Of a stretch of DNA of 64,000 nt, positions 12,393 through 23,105 are shown piece after piece (position 1 is the stretch's first letter; every line of letters begins with the position of its first letter). Position numbers and translations under genes: made by a program. The notes beneath the pieces were generated by a model. It was given only the letters and a program-made list of their open reading frames with translations. It did no database searches and was not told the origin of the DNA. The stretch is taken from the NCBI GenBank assembly GCA_965203965.1, contig CBDBDR010000017.1, positions 1,376,001-1,440,000 on the forward strand, read 5' to 3'. Source of the DNA: Thermodesulfobacteriota bacterium. Its GTDB lineage: Bacteria > Desulfobacterota_D > UBA1144 > Nemesobacterales > JAJCZQ01.

Positions 12393-13307
12393 TTATTCTA
12401 TGTCTAGCTTCAATCTTAACACTTCGTCCAGTGGAGTGTTTTTATTCCAGTAGTCAAGTTTTATAGATTTGTTCATTGTGGCTGTTGTTACAATCCGCTT
12501 GGCACCTGCACCGAAACCACTTTTGTATGACTCTTTCCATGAATTAATGTTGTAGGGAAACTTGTCGTTAAAAAAAACTTCCAACTGTCTTTCTCCATTG
12601 TTATAATTGATAGAGTATTTTATTTCCCCTTCACTTGATTTAACAAGTGATGCTTTGGCTTGAACCGGTTTTATTTCTTGGTGTTTCAATCTCGCAAATA
12701 CAAGACTTGGAATTAATTTTATATTTCCGACCGGGAGCTTTTTTGGATTCAGTCTTATTTTTGTAAATATTTCATCCTCAAGAATTGTTTTTTCAACAGA
12801 GTATTCCCTGTCTCCTTCAGATTCAAAATATGACAGTAACTGAACGTTGTAGTTTTTTGCATTTGGAGCCAAATTGATCTGTGTGAAAGTATGTCCACAC
12901 CATTCCTGCGAAGAGAATGTTAACTTTAAAGTGTCGGGATGTATGTCATACATTACGGGAGTAAAAATGGATCCCATAATTGAATACCTATAAATTCCCG
13001 TGTTGAATTTTTTGACCAGATTTAATTTCAGTATTTTTACCGCATCGTCTTTATTGGAGTGCGGATTATCCAGTTTGACGTGCTTTGAGTTGGAAAAGTC
13101 TTCCGTTACAAAAATCAATACGGCGTATCCATCATGTATTTCACCATATCTTGCCTGTTCAAGTTTGTAGGATGTGATCTCAGCGCTACCTGAATACCAG
13201 TAGTTTTTAAACTGTTCGGTGTTGTAATGTAGGTTTTCACTGAAAGCGTTTGCGGTGCCGTATAAAAGGTAAGCCAGTGTAATAATGTAAAGAACAGGGT
13301 TTTTCAT
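12393..13307 (-). CDS. Secreted conserved hypothetical protein
   Basis: Signal peptide; YWYSGSAEITSYKLEQARYGE, SSQEWCGH; start placed at second Met. Confidence 0.75.
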   Translation of the reverse strand: MKNPVLYIITLAYLLYGTANAFSENLHYNTEQFKNYWYSGSAEITSYKLEQARYGEIHDGYAVLIFVTEDFSNSKHVKLDNPHSNKDDAVKILKLNLVKKFNTGIYRYSIMGSIFTPVMYDIHPDTLKLTFSSQEWCGHTFTQINLAPNAKNYNVQLLSYFESEGDREYSVEKTILEDEIFTKIRLNPKKLPVGNIKLIPSLVFARLKHQEIKPVQAKASLVKSSEGEIKYSINYNNGERQLEVFFNDKFPYNINSWKESYKSGFGAGAKRIVTTATMNKSIKLDYWNKNTPLDEVLRLKLDIE

Positions 13308-13326
13308 TCTTGATGCCTCCTTTGTT

Positions 13327-14400
13327 CTAATCTTTGACAAGGTTGGAAACCGTTTTGTTGTTCAGTTTATTTAGCACTGATAAAACAAGATCAACTGTGT
13401 TGTCTATATCATTTCTTTTTACTATTGAGTTGTGGCTATGTATATGACGTGTTGGCACTCCGATAACAACAGTGGGGACACCGTGCTTGTGTAGATGAAT
13501 GACAGAACCGTCTGTGGCACCGCCTTCCATTGCAGCATATTGCAGTGGTATATTTTCTTTTTTTGCGGTATCAATGATAATGTCTCTGAGTTTTAGGTTC
13601 GGTATCATCCTTGAGTCATAAATTAAAAGTGAAGGTCCCCCTCCCAATTTTGTTGATGATTCCTCAGGTTTTATCCCAGGAACATCACCTGCAATATCGG
13701 ACTCAAGTATTATTGCCACGTCTGGATCCACAATTTCAACGCTTGTGGTTGCACCCCTTACCCCAACTTCTTCCTGTACTGTTGTGACACCACAAATTGT
13801 ATTTGGATTTTTTTGTTTCTTGATCTTTTCCAACACCAATAAAAGAACTGCGCAACCTATTCTATCATCAAATGCCTTGGCCATATAAGTTTTTGGTGTT
13901 GTGAGTCGTGTAAATTCACTATCGGGAATTACGGGATCGCCTATCCTAACTCCGGATTCTTCAACCTCTTTATCCGACGTTGCTCCCACGTCTATATACA
14001 TGTTCTTTTTTAATACAGTTTTTGTTCTTTCTTCCAGTGGGATCAAGTGGGGAGGTTTTGCGCCAATTACACCAATTACATCCCCATTCCGAGTTTTTAT
14101 TCTTACCCTCTGGGTTAGCAGAACCTGGTCCCACCATCCCCCGAGAGGTGTAAATTTAATATAGCCGTTGCTGCTTATATATTTAACCACAAAACCTATC
14201 TCGTCCATGTGACTGGCAAGCATGACCTTTGGACCACTACCATAACCTGCGACTTTGCAGATAAGGCTGCCCATCTTGTCTCTTCTTACAGAGCCAAATT
14301 CCTTCAGCTTGTTCTCAAGAATTTTTCTTATCTCTTTTTCATAACCGGGAACTCCATCTGCTTCGGTTAATTCCTTTAACAGCTTTTCTATTTTATCCAT
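13327..14400 (-). CDS. M42 family metallo-aminopeptidase
   Basis: SHMDEIG, KAFDDRIG, QEEVGVRGA, RHIHS. Confidence 0.95.
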   Translation of the reverse strand: MDKIEKLLKELTEADGVPGYEKEIRKILENKLKEFGSVRRDKMGSLICKVAGYGSGPKVMLASHMDEIGFVVKYISSNGYIKFTPLGGWWDQVLLTQRVRIKTRNGDVIGVIGAKPPHLIPLEERTKTVLKKNMYIDVGATSDKEVEESGVRIGDPVIPDSEFTRLTTPKTYMAKAFDDRIGCAVLLLVLEKIKKQKNPNTICGVTTVQEEVGVRGATTSVEIVDPDVAIILESDIAGDVPGIKPEESSTKLGGGPSLLIYDSRMIPNLKLRDIIIDTAKKENIPLQYAAMEGGATDGSVIHLHKHGVPTVVIGVPTRHIHSHNSIVKRNDIDNTVDLVLSVLNKLNNKTVSNLVKD

Positions 14401-14537
14401 TCAAATTGTTCACTCCTTTCAGTTTTTGTGCTATAAACGTATTGCTATTAAACTTACCGCCTGAGAACGTAAATGATATAAAAATCTTTAAAATACAATG
14501 GTAGTATAATTCACCATCAATTTTAAGGGTAATCATA

Positions 14538-14957
14538 ATGGCAGTGGAAACCAGAATTATTGAGTTGTCAACAAATGGGAACTGTGACGTGCTGGATATA
14601 ACGGCAAGTGTTCAGGAAGTCGTAAGGTTATCGTCAATCAGTTCCGGGGTTGCCACGGTATTTGCCAAAGGGTCGACGGTAGGAGTTACAACAATAGAGT
14701 ATGAAAGCGGTGCTATAAGTGATCTGAAAGAAGTGTTTTCAAAACTGGTGCCGGAAAATGAGCATTATGCTCATAATGCGAGGTGGGGAGATGGGAATGG
14801 ACACTCACATATAAGAGCTTCCTTGCTCGGACCTTCTATCTCAATTCCATTCCAGTCTTCAAAACTGTTTACAGGGACATGGCAACAAATAATATTTGTT
14901 GATTTTGACAACAGACCCCGAAACAGAGAGGTCATCGTCCAGATAATAGGTAATTAG
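14538..14957 (+). CDS. yjbQ: YjbQ/UPF0047 family protein
   Basis: NGHSHIRASLLGPS, GTWQQIIFVDFD. Confidence 0.92.
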   Translation: MAVETRIIELSTNGNCDVLDITASVQEVVRLSSISSGVATVFAKGSTVGVTTIEYESGAISDLKEVFSKLVPENEHYAHNARWGDGNGHSHIRASLLGPSISIPFQSSKLFTGTWQQIIFVDFDNRPRNREVIVQIIGN

Positions 14958-14969
14958 ACTTGCACAGTT

Positions 14970-15626
14970 TCAGATGAATTTGATAGAGAAATGCTTTTTA
15001 AGCCTCACGTTCAGACTAACAATAAGTGGTGTGATTGCTTCTATCATAGGGGATACCGCAAGTGGTCCCGCATCAAGCACTCTGAGATTCTTCATCTCCT
15101 CCGTGAGATTTTTAACAACTTCTTTAGCTTCTTCATCGTCCCCGCATATAACTACGTCGTAGTTTAGATCTTCATCAATATTTGCAAGTTCTTTTGCAGG
15201 TAGATTGTGATATGCAGACACAAGTCTTGCTGTTTTCGGCAAAACAGATCTTATTTCTTCGGCCGATGAACCTTGAGCGGGTGGATTATAAAGGAAGGTT
15301 TTGCCTTCTTTTTTCATTGATACAACTGGGGTTACAACTATTTGATCAGAAATGTTGTCTTTGCATCCTTCTATTGTGGATGCGGCATACTCCGGCGGAA
15401 TGCTTATTATTATAACTTCAGAATTTTTTGCAGCTTCAGCGTTTGCCATGCCATGTATTTTTGATTGAATTTCCATTGAATTTAGTTTTTCAATGTATCC
15501 TGCTGCTATGCCCTGTGCTTTTTCTTCACTTCTTGATCCTATGTATATCTCATGTCCTGATTTTGACCACCTAAGCACAAGCCCTTCGGCTATGTCGCCG
15601 GTTCCGCCAAGTAGTGATATTTTCAT
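14970..15626 (-). CDS. npdG: NADPH-dependent F420 reductase (F420H2:NADP+ oxidoreductase)
   Basis: LGGTGD.AEGL..RW, IGSRSEEKA, SAYHNLPA, VICGDD, IEAITPL. Confidence 0.85.
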   Translation of the reverse strand: MKISLLGGTGDIAEGLVLRWSKSGHEIYIGSRSEEKAQGIAAGYIEKLNSMEIQSKIHGMANAEAAKNSEVIIISIPPEYAASTIEGCKDNISDQIVVTPVVSMKKEGKTFLYNPPAQGSSAEEIRSVLPKTARLVSAYHNLPAKELANIDEDLNYDVVICGDDEEAKEVVKNLTEEMKNLRVLDAGPLAVSPMIEAITPLIVSLNVRLKKHFSIKFI

Positions 15627-15824
15627 GTTTTCCTCCTGAAAATTCTGGTTAGATTATTTTAACAAATGATGAATTTGAGTAAAGGTTTGTAAAAATACCT
15701 TTTAACAATTCCAACACTGAGTAATAAAAATACAAATTCTGTATTGCTTGTTTTTTGTTTCCCCGGGGTTTTTATCCGCTTTAATGAAAGCAGTTGGAAC
15801 AGTTTTTGAACTTGAAAAGTTGCA

Positions 15825-16430
15825 TCAAATGTGTTCGATCAAAACCTTTCTTCCTTCAATTCTAAACTTCTTCTCACAAAGGAGACGGACGGCTTTGGGA
15901 AAGATTTTATGTTCTTCCTGGTGTATTTTATTGAACAATGACTCTTCGGTATCATCAGCTTCAACTGGCACGGCAGCTTGTAGAATAATAGGTCCTGTGT
16001 CTATACCTTCATCAACAAAATGCACCGTGCAGCCTGTAAATTTTACTCCGTAGTCAAGAGCTTGCTTTACGGAGTGCATACCGGGGAAGGAGGGAAGTAA
16101 AGCAGGGTGCAGATTGATTATGCGGTTTTTATACCTTTCTAAAAAAAAGGGTGTAAGCAACCGCATAAATCCTGCAAGCACAACAAGTTCTGTATTATAT
16201 TCTTCCAATTTACTGATGATCCGGGATTCAAATTTTTCTCTTGTCCCAAAATCCTTGTGATTTATAAGCTCTACGGCAATACGGTGCTTTTCAGCTCTCT
16301 TGATAGCGTAGGCATCGGGTTTATTGCAAACAAGAACGTTGAGGTTTGCAGCTTCAATTCTGGCGTCAATAATTGCCTGAAAGTTAGTTCCGTTACCGGA
16401 TGCTAGCACCGCAACATTGGTTTTATTCAT
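15825..16430 (-). CDS. purN: Phosphoribosylglycinamide formyltransferase
   Basis: ASGNGTNFQA, LAGFMRLL, NLHPALLPSFPG, DEGIDTGPI. Confidence 0.97.
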   Translation of the reverse strand: MNKTNVAVLASGNGTNFQAIIDARIEAANLNVLVCNKPDAYAIKRAEKHRIAVELINHKDFGTREKFESRIISKLEEYNTELVVLAGFMRLLTPFFLERYKNRIINLHPALLPSFPGMHSVKQALDYGVKFTGCTVHFVDEGIDTGPIILQAAVPVEADDTEESLFNKIHQEEHKIFPKAVRLLCEKKFRIEGRKVLIEHI

Positions 16431-16520
16431 ACTTTTAATTCTAATTTAGGGTAGCTTGAAGTCAATTGTGGCTTGGATAAGCATACTGAAACTAAATTAT
16501 AAGGAAGAAATAAAAAAAAG

Positions 16521-16640
16521 AATCAAGGCAGCTTCCTACTTTCCCACTCCTTATGGAGCAGTATCATCGGCCTATAAAGGCTTAACTTTCGGGTTCGGGA
16601 TGGTACCGAGTGTTTCCCTTTCAGTATTGCCACCAAGATT
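16521..16640 (-). rRNA. rrf: 5S ribosomal RNA (stand-alone)
   Basis: Minus strand reads ...TGGTGGC...CCATCCCGAACCCGAAAGTTAAGCC...GCCGATGATACTG...GGGAAAGTAGG...GCTGCC; conserved 5S motifs and pairing ends. Confidence 0.93.
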
Positions 16641-16701
16641 CAAAAGGGATTATAAATATTTAATTTTCTGGTGTCAATAATAATGGGGAATTAAACTTTA
16701 A

Positions 16702-18177
16702 TCACCTAATGGTTTTTAACGGCGAATTCTTATGAAGTTTCTTCAACTTGCCAATTGCTTTGATCTCTATCTGCCTGACTCTTTCTCGCGTCACGTTGAA
16801 CTTCTTTCCCACTTCTTCCAGTGTGTGCTCTTTTTGCTCATCAAGTCCAAATCTCATCTTAACAACACTTTCTTCTCTTGGGTCCAGTACTATCAGTGCA
16901 TCTTTTATCATCTGTTTCAATTCTTTCATTTCAATTATTTCAATAGTGGACGAGGCTTCGTGACATTCTAGAGAGTCCAGCAAACTCTCATTGTCTCCCG
17001 TTGGTAAATCAAGGGATATTGGTTGCCTACATATTTGAAGTATTTTAGAAACCTCCCTTACAGACATCTTGGTTTTGTCTGCGATTTCATTGGAGATAGG
17101 CTCACGACCAAATTGCTGAACAAATTTTTTAGAAGCTTTTACTATTCTGTCGACGCTTTCAGTCATGTGCACAGGTATCCTTATCATTTTTGATTGATTT
17201 ATAAGGGCACGAGAAATTGACTGTCTTATCCACCAAGTTGCATAGGTGGAAAATTTATACCCTTTATTATATTCAAATTTTTCCGCGGCTTTCATTAGTC
17301 CTATATTGCCTTCCTGTATCAGGTCAAGGAACTGCAAACCAGCGGGGTTTATGTATCTTCTTGCTATGCTTACAACAAGCCGTAAATTGGATTCTACTAG
17401 CCTATATTTTGCTTCTTGCTTGATCTTTTTACCTTTTTTTAACTTTTTTAAGGATTTTCTTATTGTGGCAAGATCATTTTCTTCATTCAGCAGGTTTGGG
17501 TTCTCATGATCCAAATCAGTGGAGCTTTTCTTAATGTTTATGTATCTCTTAGCTGTATTTGCTATTTTTTTCAGCTGGTTGAGATTAAGATTGATACTTA
17601 TCAAATTAGCAACTATTTTTTTTTCGTTCTTGACTTTGATTTTTTGAAGAGGATGTGTGTGGCTAATTTTTGGAATTTTTTTTATTTCATTGTCCAGATT
17701 TTTATTTTCAAGATACAGTAGGGTTATTTCGGTAACATAATTTTTTAGTCCTATTATTATCTCTTCGTCTCTTAATTCGCTTTCATCGTCAAGGTTCATT
17801 ACTTCATCAACTTTCAGGGCGTTGTTTTTGAGTTTTTCGTCAAGATTCACAACTTGCCTCATCATAATGGGGCATTCGACTATTGACCTTGCTATTAGCC
17901 TTTTTCCTCTTTCTATTTCTTTTGCAATGTTTGTCTCTTCGTCACGGGAAAGTAGGGAGTGTCCTGCGATCTCATGTAGGTAAGTTCTTAATGTTTCTTG
18001 ATCGGATGATTCAACTGATGAGCCATTGGCAGAATTTTTACCATTTCTCTTATGTTCATTTTTCACGTTCCCTTTGAAGACAACAGAGGGAACGATATTT
18101 TCATGGACGTTATCATCAGAAATAGTGTCTTTGTGGAATAAGTTTCTTTTTATGCTCTCACTCATTTTAGATTTCAT
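16702..18177 (-). CDS. rpoD: RNA polymerase sigma-70 factor (RpoD-like, no recognisable region 1.1)
   Basis: [51 protein letters not shown]; follows dnaG. Confidence 0.85.
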   Translation of the reverse strand: MKSKMSESIKRNLFHKDTISDDNVHENIVPSVVFKGNVKNEHKRNGKNSANGSSVESSDQETLRTYLHEIAGHSLLSRDEETNIAKEIERGKRLIARSIVECPIMMRQVVNLDEKLKNNALKVDEVMNLDDESELRDEEIIIGLKNYVTEITLLYLENKNLDNEIKKIPKISHTHPLQKIKVKNEKKIVANLISINLNLNQLKKIANTAKRYINIKKSSTDLDHENPNLLNEENDLATIRKSLKKLKKGKKIKQEAKYRLVESNLRLVVSIARRYINPAGLQFLDLIQEGNIGLMKAAEKFEYNKGYKFSTYATWWIRQSISRALINQSKMIRIPVHMTESVDRIVKASKKFVQQFGREPISNEIADKTKMSVREVSKILQICRQPISLDLPTGDNESLLDSLECHEASSTIEIIEMKELKQMIKDALIVLDPREESVVKMRFGLDEQKEHTLEEVGKKFNVTRERVRQIEIKAIGKLKKLHKNSPLKTIR

Positions 18178-19924
18178 GCAGTTCGCTTTTAATAAGTCTT
18201 TCCTGCTCTAATAGATTTTTGTAGGTTTTAACAACTTCTTTTTCATTTAATGGATTTTTCCCCAGTTCATTTCTTTGTAAAGCAAGTTGATCACGTAAAT
18301 TTTTTAATTTCAGGCGATTGACACACTCCGTGAACATCTCTTTTACCTTGTTGTTTGATACACCAACTTCATCGGATGAAAATACCGCATTTGATAAAAT
18401 GAGCTGAATTTCCTGTTCCTTAAAGTTATTTATGATTTTTGATATATCTGTAAATCTTTCAGAGATCATCTTAGTTAATATCTTTTTGATATTATTGTCA
18501 TTTACGTATTGATATACAAATTCTTCATCAATAAATTCAATAAGTTGAGGGTAATTCAAGAGTATCTTCAGAATTAGCATCTCGGAGTTGTTTATTTTTT
18601 TCTGAATACTTGTTTTGTGTGCTGAAGGGGAATTTTTTTTACGGGTTTTCAGCATAGAATACAGATCGTTTTCTCTGAAACTAAAACGAATTGATGCTTT
18701 ACGTATGAAATCCGATCTATCTATCTGGTTGGCAATTTTTTCTCCGAAATCAACCAGTTGTTGGGCTGCGTCGTTGCGGTTGATCTCATGTTTATTATAA
18801 TGACCATATACAATTTCAATAACATAATCGGTAGTTTCACGTGCATTTTCAATCAATTTTGTAATTGTATCTATTCCCTTTTCGCTTCTTATCATAAGAT
18901 CCGGATCAAAACCTTCCGTTATTCTCGCGATTTTTGAGTTTATGCCAGCCTGCAGCAGGATTTCACCTGACCTCAGTGATGCTTTCATCCCAGAACTGTC
19001 ACCGTCATACAATACAACTACGTTTTCAGTATATCTTTTCAAAAAAGAAGCATGATCTGAGGTAAATGACGTGCCGAGGGTTGCGACAACGTTTTTTATT
19101 CCTGAGGAATAGAGAGATAAAAAATCCATATAACCTTCTACAAGGATCGCAAGTTTCTGCTTTTTTATATGTTCTTTGGATCTAAATAGTCCGTAAAATG
19201 ATTTTCTCTTTTTATATATATCCGATTCGGGAGAGTTGAGATACTTGGGATTATCATTTTTATCAATTACCCTGCCACCAAATCCTATTACATCCCCGTC
19301 AACGTCAATAATGGGAAATATTATCCTGTGACGGAATACATCATAAAAATTTTTATTTTTTTTAATAAGTCCAAGTTCAAGTGGAATATCCAAAGGGATC
19401 TTTTCGGATTTTAAATAGTTTAACAACCCATTCCAACTGTCTTCTGCAAATCCAAGTTTGAACTCTTTGACAAGGTCAATATTTATTCCCCTGCCAACCA
19501 GATAGTCTCTGGCTTCTTGAAATGATCTATTCTTTAGTAGATTGTTTTGAAAAAAAATTAATGCCCTTTGGTTAACTCTCAACTGCGCCGAGCGTTTTGA
19601 GGATTGACGCTTTTCTGATGGATGACTTTCTTGTATTTTAATATTCAGTTTGGCTGCAAGCTCGCGCACGGCCTCTTTGAAGTCTATTTGTTTGTAGTTC
19701 ATCAGGAAACTGAATATATCTCCGCCTGCGCCGCAACTGAAACAGTGGTAAAGTCCTTTTTCTTCATTTATGTGTAATGAGGGATTCTTGTCATCATGAA
19801 AAGGACATAATGCAATGTAATTTTTCCCGGATTTCTTGAGAGATATATAGGTCTCTGCAATATCTGCTAAACTCAACCTTTTTTTAATCTCTTCTATGGC
19901 AGAGTCAAAGGAAGATTGATCCAT
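18167..19924 (-). CDS. dnaG: DNA primase
   Basis: [14 protein letters not shown] zinc finger, [18 protein letters not shown]. Confidence 0.97.
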   Translation of the reverse strand: MDQSSFDSAIEEIKKRLSLADIAETYISLKKSGKNYIALCPFHDDKNPSLHINEEKGLYHCFSCGAGGDIFSFLMNYKQIDFKEAVRELAAKLNIKIQESHPSEKRQSSKRSAQLRVNQRALIFFQNNLLKNRSFQEARDYLVGRGINIDLVKEFKLGFAEDSWNGLLNYLKSEKIPLDIPLELGLIKKNKNFYDVFRHRIIFPIIDVDGDVIGFGGRVIDKNDNPKYLNSPESDIYKKRKSFYGLFRSKEHIKKQKLAILVEGYMDFLSLYSSGIKNVVATLGTSFTSDHASFLKRYTENVVVLYDGDSSGMKASLRSGEILLQAGINSKIARITEGFDPDLMIRSEKGIDTITKLIENARETTDYVIEIVYGHYNKHEINRNDAAQQLVDFGEKIANQIDRSDFIRKASIRFSFRENDLYSMLKTRKKNSPSAHKTSIQKKINNSEMLILKILLNYPQLIEFIDEEFVYQYVNDNNIKKILTKMISERFTDISKIINNFKEQEIQLILSNAVFSSDEVGVSNNKVKEMFTECVNRLKLKNLRDQLALQRNELGKNPLNEKEVVKTYKNLLEQERLIKSELHEI

Positions 19925-19985
19925 TTTCAATCCTTTGAAAAATAAATTTTGTAGTGAGTAAATTTAGGCTGTAAAACTTGCTTGG

Positions 19986-20159
19986 TTATATTCTCGCAAC
20001 AGATTTTTTCCGGCGTTTCTTATTCCTTCTCTGGCTGGGTTTTTCGTAGTATTCTCTCCTCCTCACCTCCGAAATAACACCACCCTTTTCAACCTGCTTT
20101 TTAAACCTCTTTAAAGCACTGTCTATACTCTCATTTCTGCCTACGTATATTCCTGGCAT
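19986..20159 (-). CDS. rpsU: 30S ribosomal protein S21
   Basis: [32 protein letters not shown]. Confidence 0.95.
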   Translation of the reverse strand: MPGIYVGRNESIDSALKRFKKQVEKGGVISEVRRREYYEKPSQRRNKKRRKKSVARI

Positions 20160-20230
20160 AAATAAAAACAACCTCCTGAAGTTTCTAAACTGATTAATGA
20201 ACTTAAAAAACTACTTTATATTTGTCAAGT

Positions 20231-20413
20231 TTACTTGTTCTCAATTTTTGTAAATACACCAATTTTTTTCCTGTTGTGCTTGATCTGTTCTTCTATCTTG
20301 TAAATATTTCTCTTTTCATATTCACTATCATAATTTTCTTCATCAACTCTGTGTTCCTCAAATCGTTTTGTCCAAGAGTCCCTTCTTTTCCTTATGTCGT
20401 CAATTAGTCCCAT
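20231..20413 (-). CDS. Small charged hypothetical protein
   Basis: 60-aa ORF co-oriented between neighbours. Confidence 0.5.
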   Translation of the reverse strand: MGLIDDIRKRRDSWTKRFEEHRVDEENYDSEYEKRNIYKIEEQIKHNRKKIGVFTKIENK

Positions 20414-20430
20414 GATCGTTTCTTTTTGAC

Positions 20431-21612
20431 TTACTTGTATAACTCACTCACAGGAATGATGCGGACTTCCTGAGATATATTAGGTATTTCTTCTTTCATT
20501 GCCTCTATGGTTTGAGGGTAGGTATGACATATACCTACTGAATATCCGTTTTTCTTTGATTTTCTCACCAGTTTCCTTAACTGTTTTTTAACGTAGTTCT
20601 TACCTTTTTTCTTATCGTCCAGAAATATATCCCTTTTTGCTGTTTTCAAGCCCAACTCCTTTGCGATAGTATAACCTTTTGAATGAGGAGTTGTCAGACT
20701 ATCAACAAAAAGTAGATTCTTTTCCTTTAATTTATTCAAGACCAGACGCATTAATTCGTCGTTTTCTGTGAATTTTGATCCCATGTGATTATTTAATCCC
20801 ACAACACCTGGCAAAAAGGATAAATTACGATCCAGGGTTTTAACAATGGTTTCCTTTGTTTGACCCACAAGTAACACTCCGTACCCAGCATCATCACCAC
20901 TATAGCCTGAATCAATTCTTGGCTCCATAGGTTGATGGAGGAGAATGTCCATATTGTTTTCTCTTGCTTTTTCAACAGCGTATGAAGTGAATGGTCTGTT
21001 TGGAAGTATAGCAAAAGTGAAGTTGTTTGAAATGCCTATCAGATCGTTTATCGCTTTTTTACTTATGCCTACATCATCAACTATTATGGAAATTTTGGAC
21101 TTTTTCCCAAACTCCCCTATCGGTTTTGTTTCAGGAGCATGCTTTTTGTATATGAATTCAAAGAAGTGTGTGTCATATCTATCAATGTTTATCTTGGCTA
21201 TGTATGACCTGCCTTTGGATTCAGTGCTCAGAGATACGCCATCCATTTTTTCCAGTTTGCTGAAAGCTCTTGTTATGTCATTCTTGGAGTAGTTTCTGTT
21301 CAGCTTTATAGTTTTCTTTTTAGTGATCCATACCTTGCCGTTTTTACTGCTCTTGTGAGTGGTTTCTTTTACAATATCTTTGCTTGGAATATTAAGCTCA
21401 AAAAATACTTTATAAAGCGACTTGTCCACCTTTTCTATTTTGGAATTGAGAGGAAGTTCGCCTTTTAAGTATAAGTAATACCCACCATATAGAAGGGCTC
21501 CCGTTAGCACAATAAAAATGGAAACTATTGTGATCAGTCTGGTATTTGATATTTTTAGATCTATTCTTGTCTTGCGTGATCTGGTTGTTCTTCTATTTGT
21601 TTTTCTGGTCAA
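20431..21612 (-). CDS. Divergent polysaccharide deacetylase family protein
   Basis: IIVDDVG, LHQPMEP, NNHMGS, FVDSLT, RDIFLD, GICH; follows S41 peptidase. Confidence 0.92.
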   Translation of the reverse strand: MTRKTNRRTTRSRKTRIDLKISNTRLITIVSIFIVLTGALLYGGYYLYLKGELPLNSKIEKVDKSLYKVFFELNIPSKDIVKETTHKSSKNGKVWITKKKTIKLNRNYSKNDITRAFSKLEKMDGVSLSTESKGRSYIAKINIDRYDTHFFEFIYKKHAPETKPIGEFGKKSKISIIVDDVGISKKAINDLIGISNNFTFAILPNRPFTSYAVEKARENNMDILLHQPMEPRIDSGYSGDDAGYGVLLVGQTKETIVKTLDRNLSFLPGVVGLNNHMGSKFTENDELMRLVLNKLKEKNLLFVDSLTTPHSKGYTIAKELGLKTAKRDIFLDDKKKGKNYVKKQLRKLVRKSKKNGYSVGICHTYPQTIEAMKEEIPNISQEVRIIPVSELYK

Positions 21613-21638
21613 ATTTTTATGTTCCTATATGCAGAAAG

Positions 21639-22760
21639 CTAATTGGATTTTTTTATTATGTTGAAGGCAGTTTCAAGTTGCTGATCCTCTTTGTTTACAT
21701 TTTTTACAGCAATATCCGGTTCTATCCCAACGTTATTTATAGTGCTTCCGTTGGGCGTGTAGAATTTTGCGGTTGTGAGTTTAACGCCCGAACCATCATT
21801 TAACTCTATTATGGTTTGCACGGAGCCTTTGCCAAAGGTTCTTTCCCCCAGAATTTTCGCAACCCCATTGTCTTTAAGTGCACCTGCCAGAACTTCCGAT
21901 GCGCTGGCACTGCCATTGTTTACAAGCACCAGGGTATTTTGAAGGTTTATTTTTTTACCGGGATTTGCATAGTAGTCCTTTGATTGATCTCCATTCCTGC
22001 CCTTTACACTTACAATCAAGTCCTTATTGATAAAATCATCAGCTATTTCAATTGCTTGATCTAGAAGTCCGCCGGGATTGTCTCTTAAGTCAATTATCAA
22101 ACCTTTTAGGTTATTGCCACTTTTTTTGTTCAATAGTTTATAGGAATTCAGAAAATCACTATGGGAGTTTTTCTGAAACTGTATTAATTTTATGTATGCA
22201 ATATTACCTTCAAGCATTTTCTGTTTAATGCTGTTCAATTTTATCTTATCCCGCTTCAAATTGTATTCCTTTATTTCATTGCTTGACGGGGAATAAACCT
22301 TCAAGTTCAGAACTGAATCCACCGTCCCCCTCAACACCTTTACCACTTCATAAGAGATCATTCCCTCTGTGGATTTGCCGTCAACGTATACTATCACGTC
22401 CCCAGATTTAATACCTGCTTTTGAAGCTGGTGTGTCCTCAATAGCTGAAACTACCGTAAGCTCGCCGTTTTTGTCGGTAACCTCTATTCCAATCCCTCCG
22501 AATTCACCATAAGCATCAATTTCAAGTTCTTTGAACTGATCAGGACGAAGGTAAATTGAATAGGGGTCAAGATTTTGAAGCATTCCCCTAATTGCATTTT
22601 CTGTGAGTTCATTGGGATTTACTTCCTCTATATAGCTGTTTTCAATGAGGTCAATTACCTTTGTCAGGTTGGATAATCCCCTGTATGTATCCTCACTCGC
22701 ATTTGAGTGGAAATTAAAAAGTAAGAACAGCAATACCGATATTATTAGTTTTCTACTCAT
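21639..22760 (-). CDS. S41 family C-terminal processing protease
   Basis: PDZ, DLRDNPGGLL, SASASEV, TFGKGSVQ. Confidence 0.95.
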   Translation of the reverse strand: MSRKLIISVLLFLLFNFHSNASEDTYRGLSNLTKVIDLIENSYIEEVNPNELTENAIRGMLQNLDPYSIYLRPDQFKELEIDAYGEFGGIGIEVTDKNGELTVVSAIEDTPASKAGIKSGDVIVYVDGKSTEGMISYEVVKVLRGTVDSVLNLKVYSPSSNEIKEYNLKRDKIKLNSIKQKMLEGNIAYIKLIQFQKNSHSDFLNSYKLLNKKSGNNLKGLIIDLRDNPGGLLDQAIEIADDFINKDLIVSVKGRNGDQSKDYYANPGKKINLQNTLVLVNNGSASASEVLAGALKDNGVAKILGERTFGKGSVQTIIELNDGSGVKLTTAKFYTPNGSTINNVGIEPDIAVKNVNKEDQQLETAFNIIKKSN

Positions 22761-22845
22761 TTTCCTCTATGTGAACTTTGTCTGCATTTAACTATACTAC
22801 ACTGATTTTTTCTGTTATCTTACCCAAGTTATAATTATAAATTAA

Positions 22846-23064
22846 ATGGCACAGATACTGCAAAACATACTGAAAACACTTATTGAGAGTTTTCAGATAA
22901 ACATAATCAAATTTTCAAAAGACTGGTTTATTCTGACCAGGATTTTATTATACACTGGTGCTGCATTAATTTACTTGATAGCTTTTATCGTCCTTGCATC
23001 CGTTACGTTAATAATACTAGTTATAGCTGCACCCGTATCAATATTATACAAGTTCTTTTTTTGA
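22846..23064 (+). CDS. Small hypothetical membrane protein
   Basis: 72-aa ORF with hydrophobic C-terminal half upstream of uppS. Confidence 0.5.
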   Translation: MAQILQNILKTLIESFQINIIKFSKDWFILTRILLYTGAALIYLIAFIVLASVTLIILVIAAPVSILYKFFF

Positions 23065-23105
23065 CATATTTTTTCAGGCTGTTTTGTGGGATTAGCGGGA
23101 GTAAT

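Noticed and set aside
16456..16680. 74-aa ORF on the + strand
   Set aside because: Antisense shadow of the 5S rRNA
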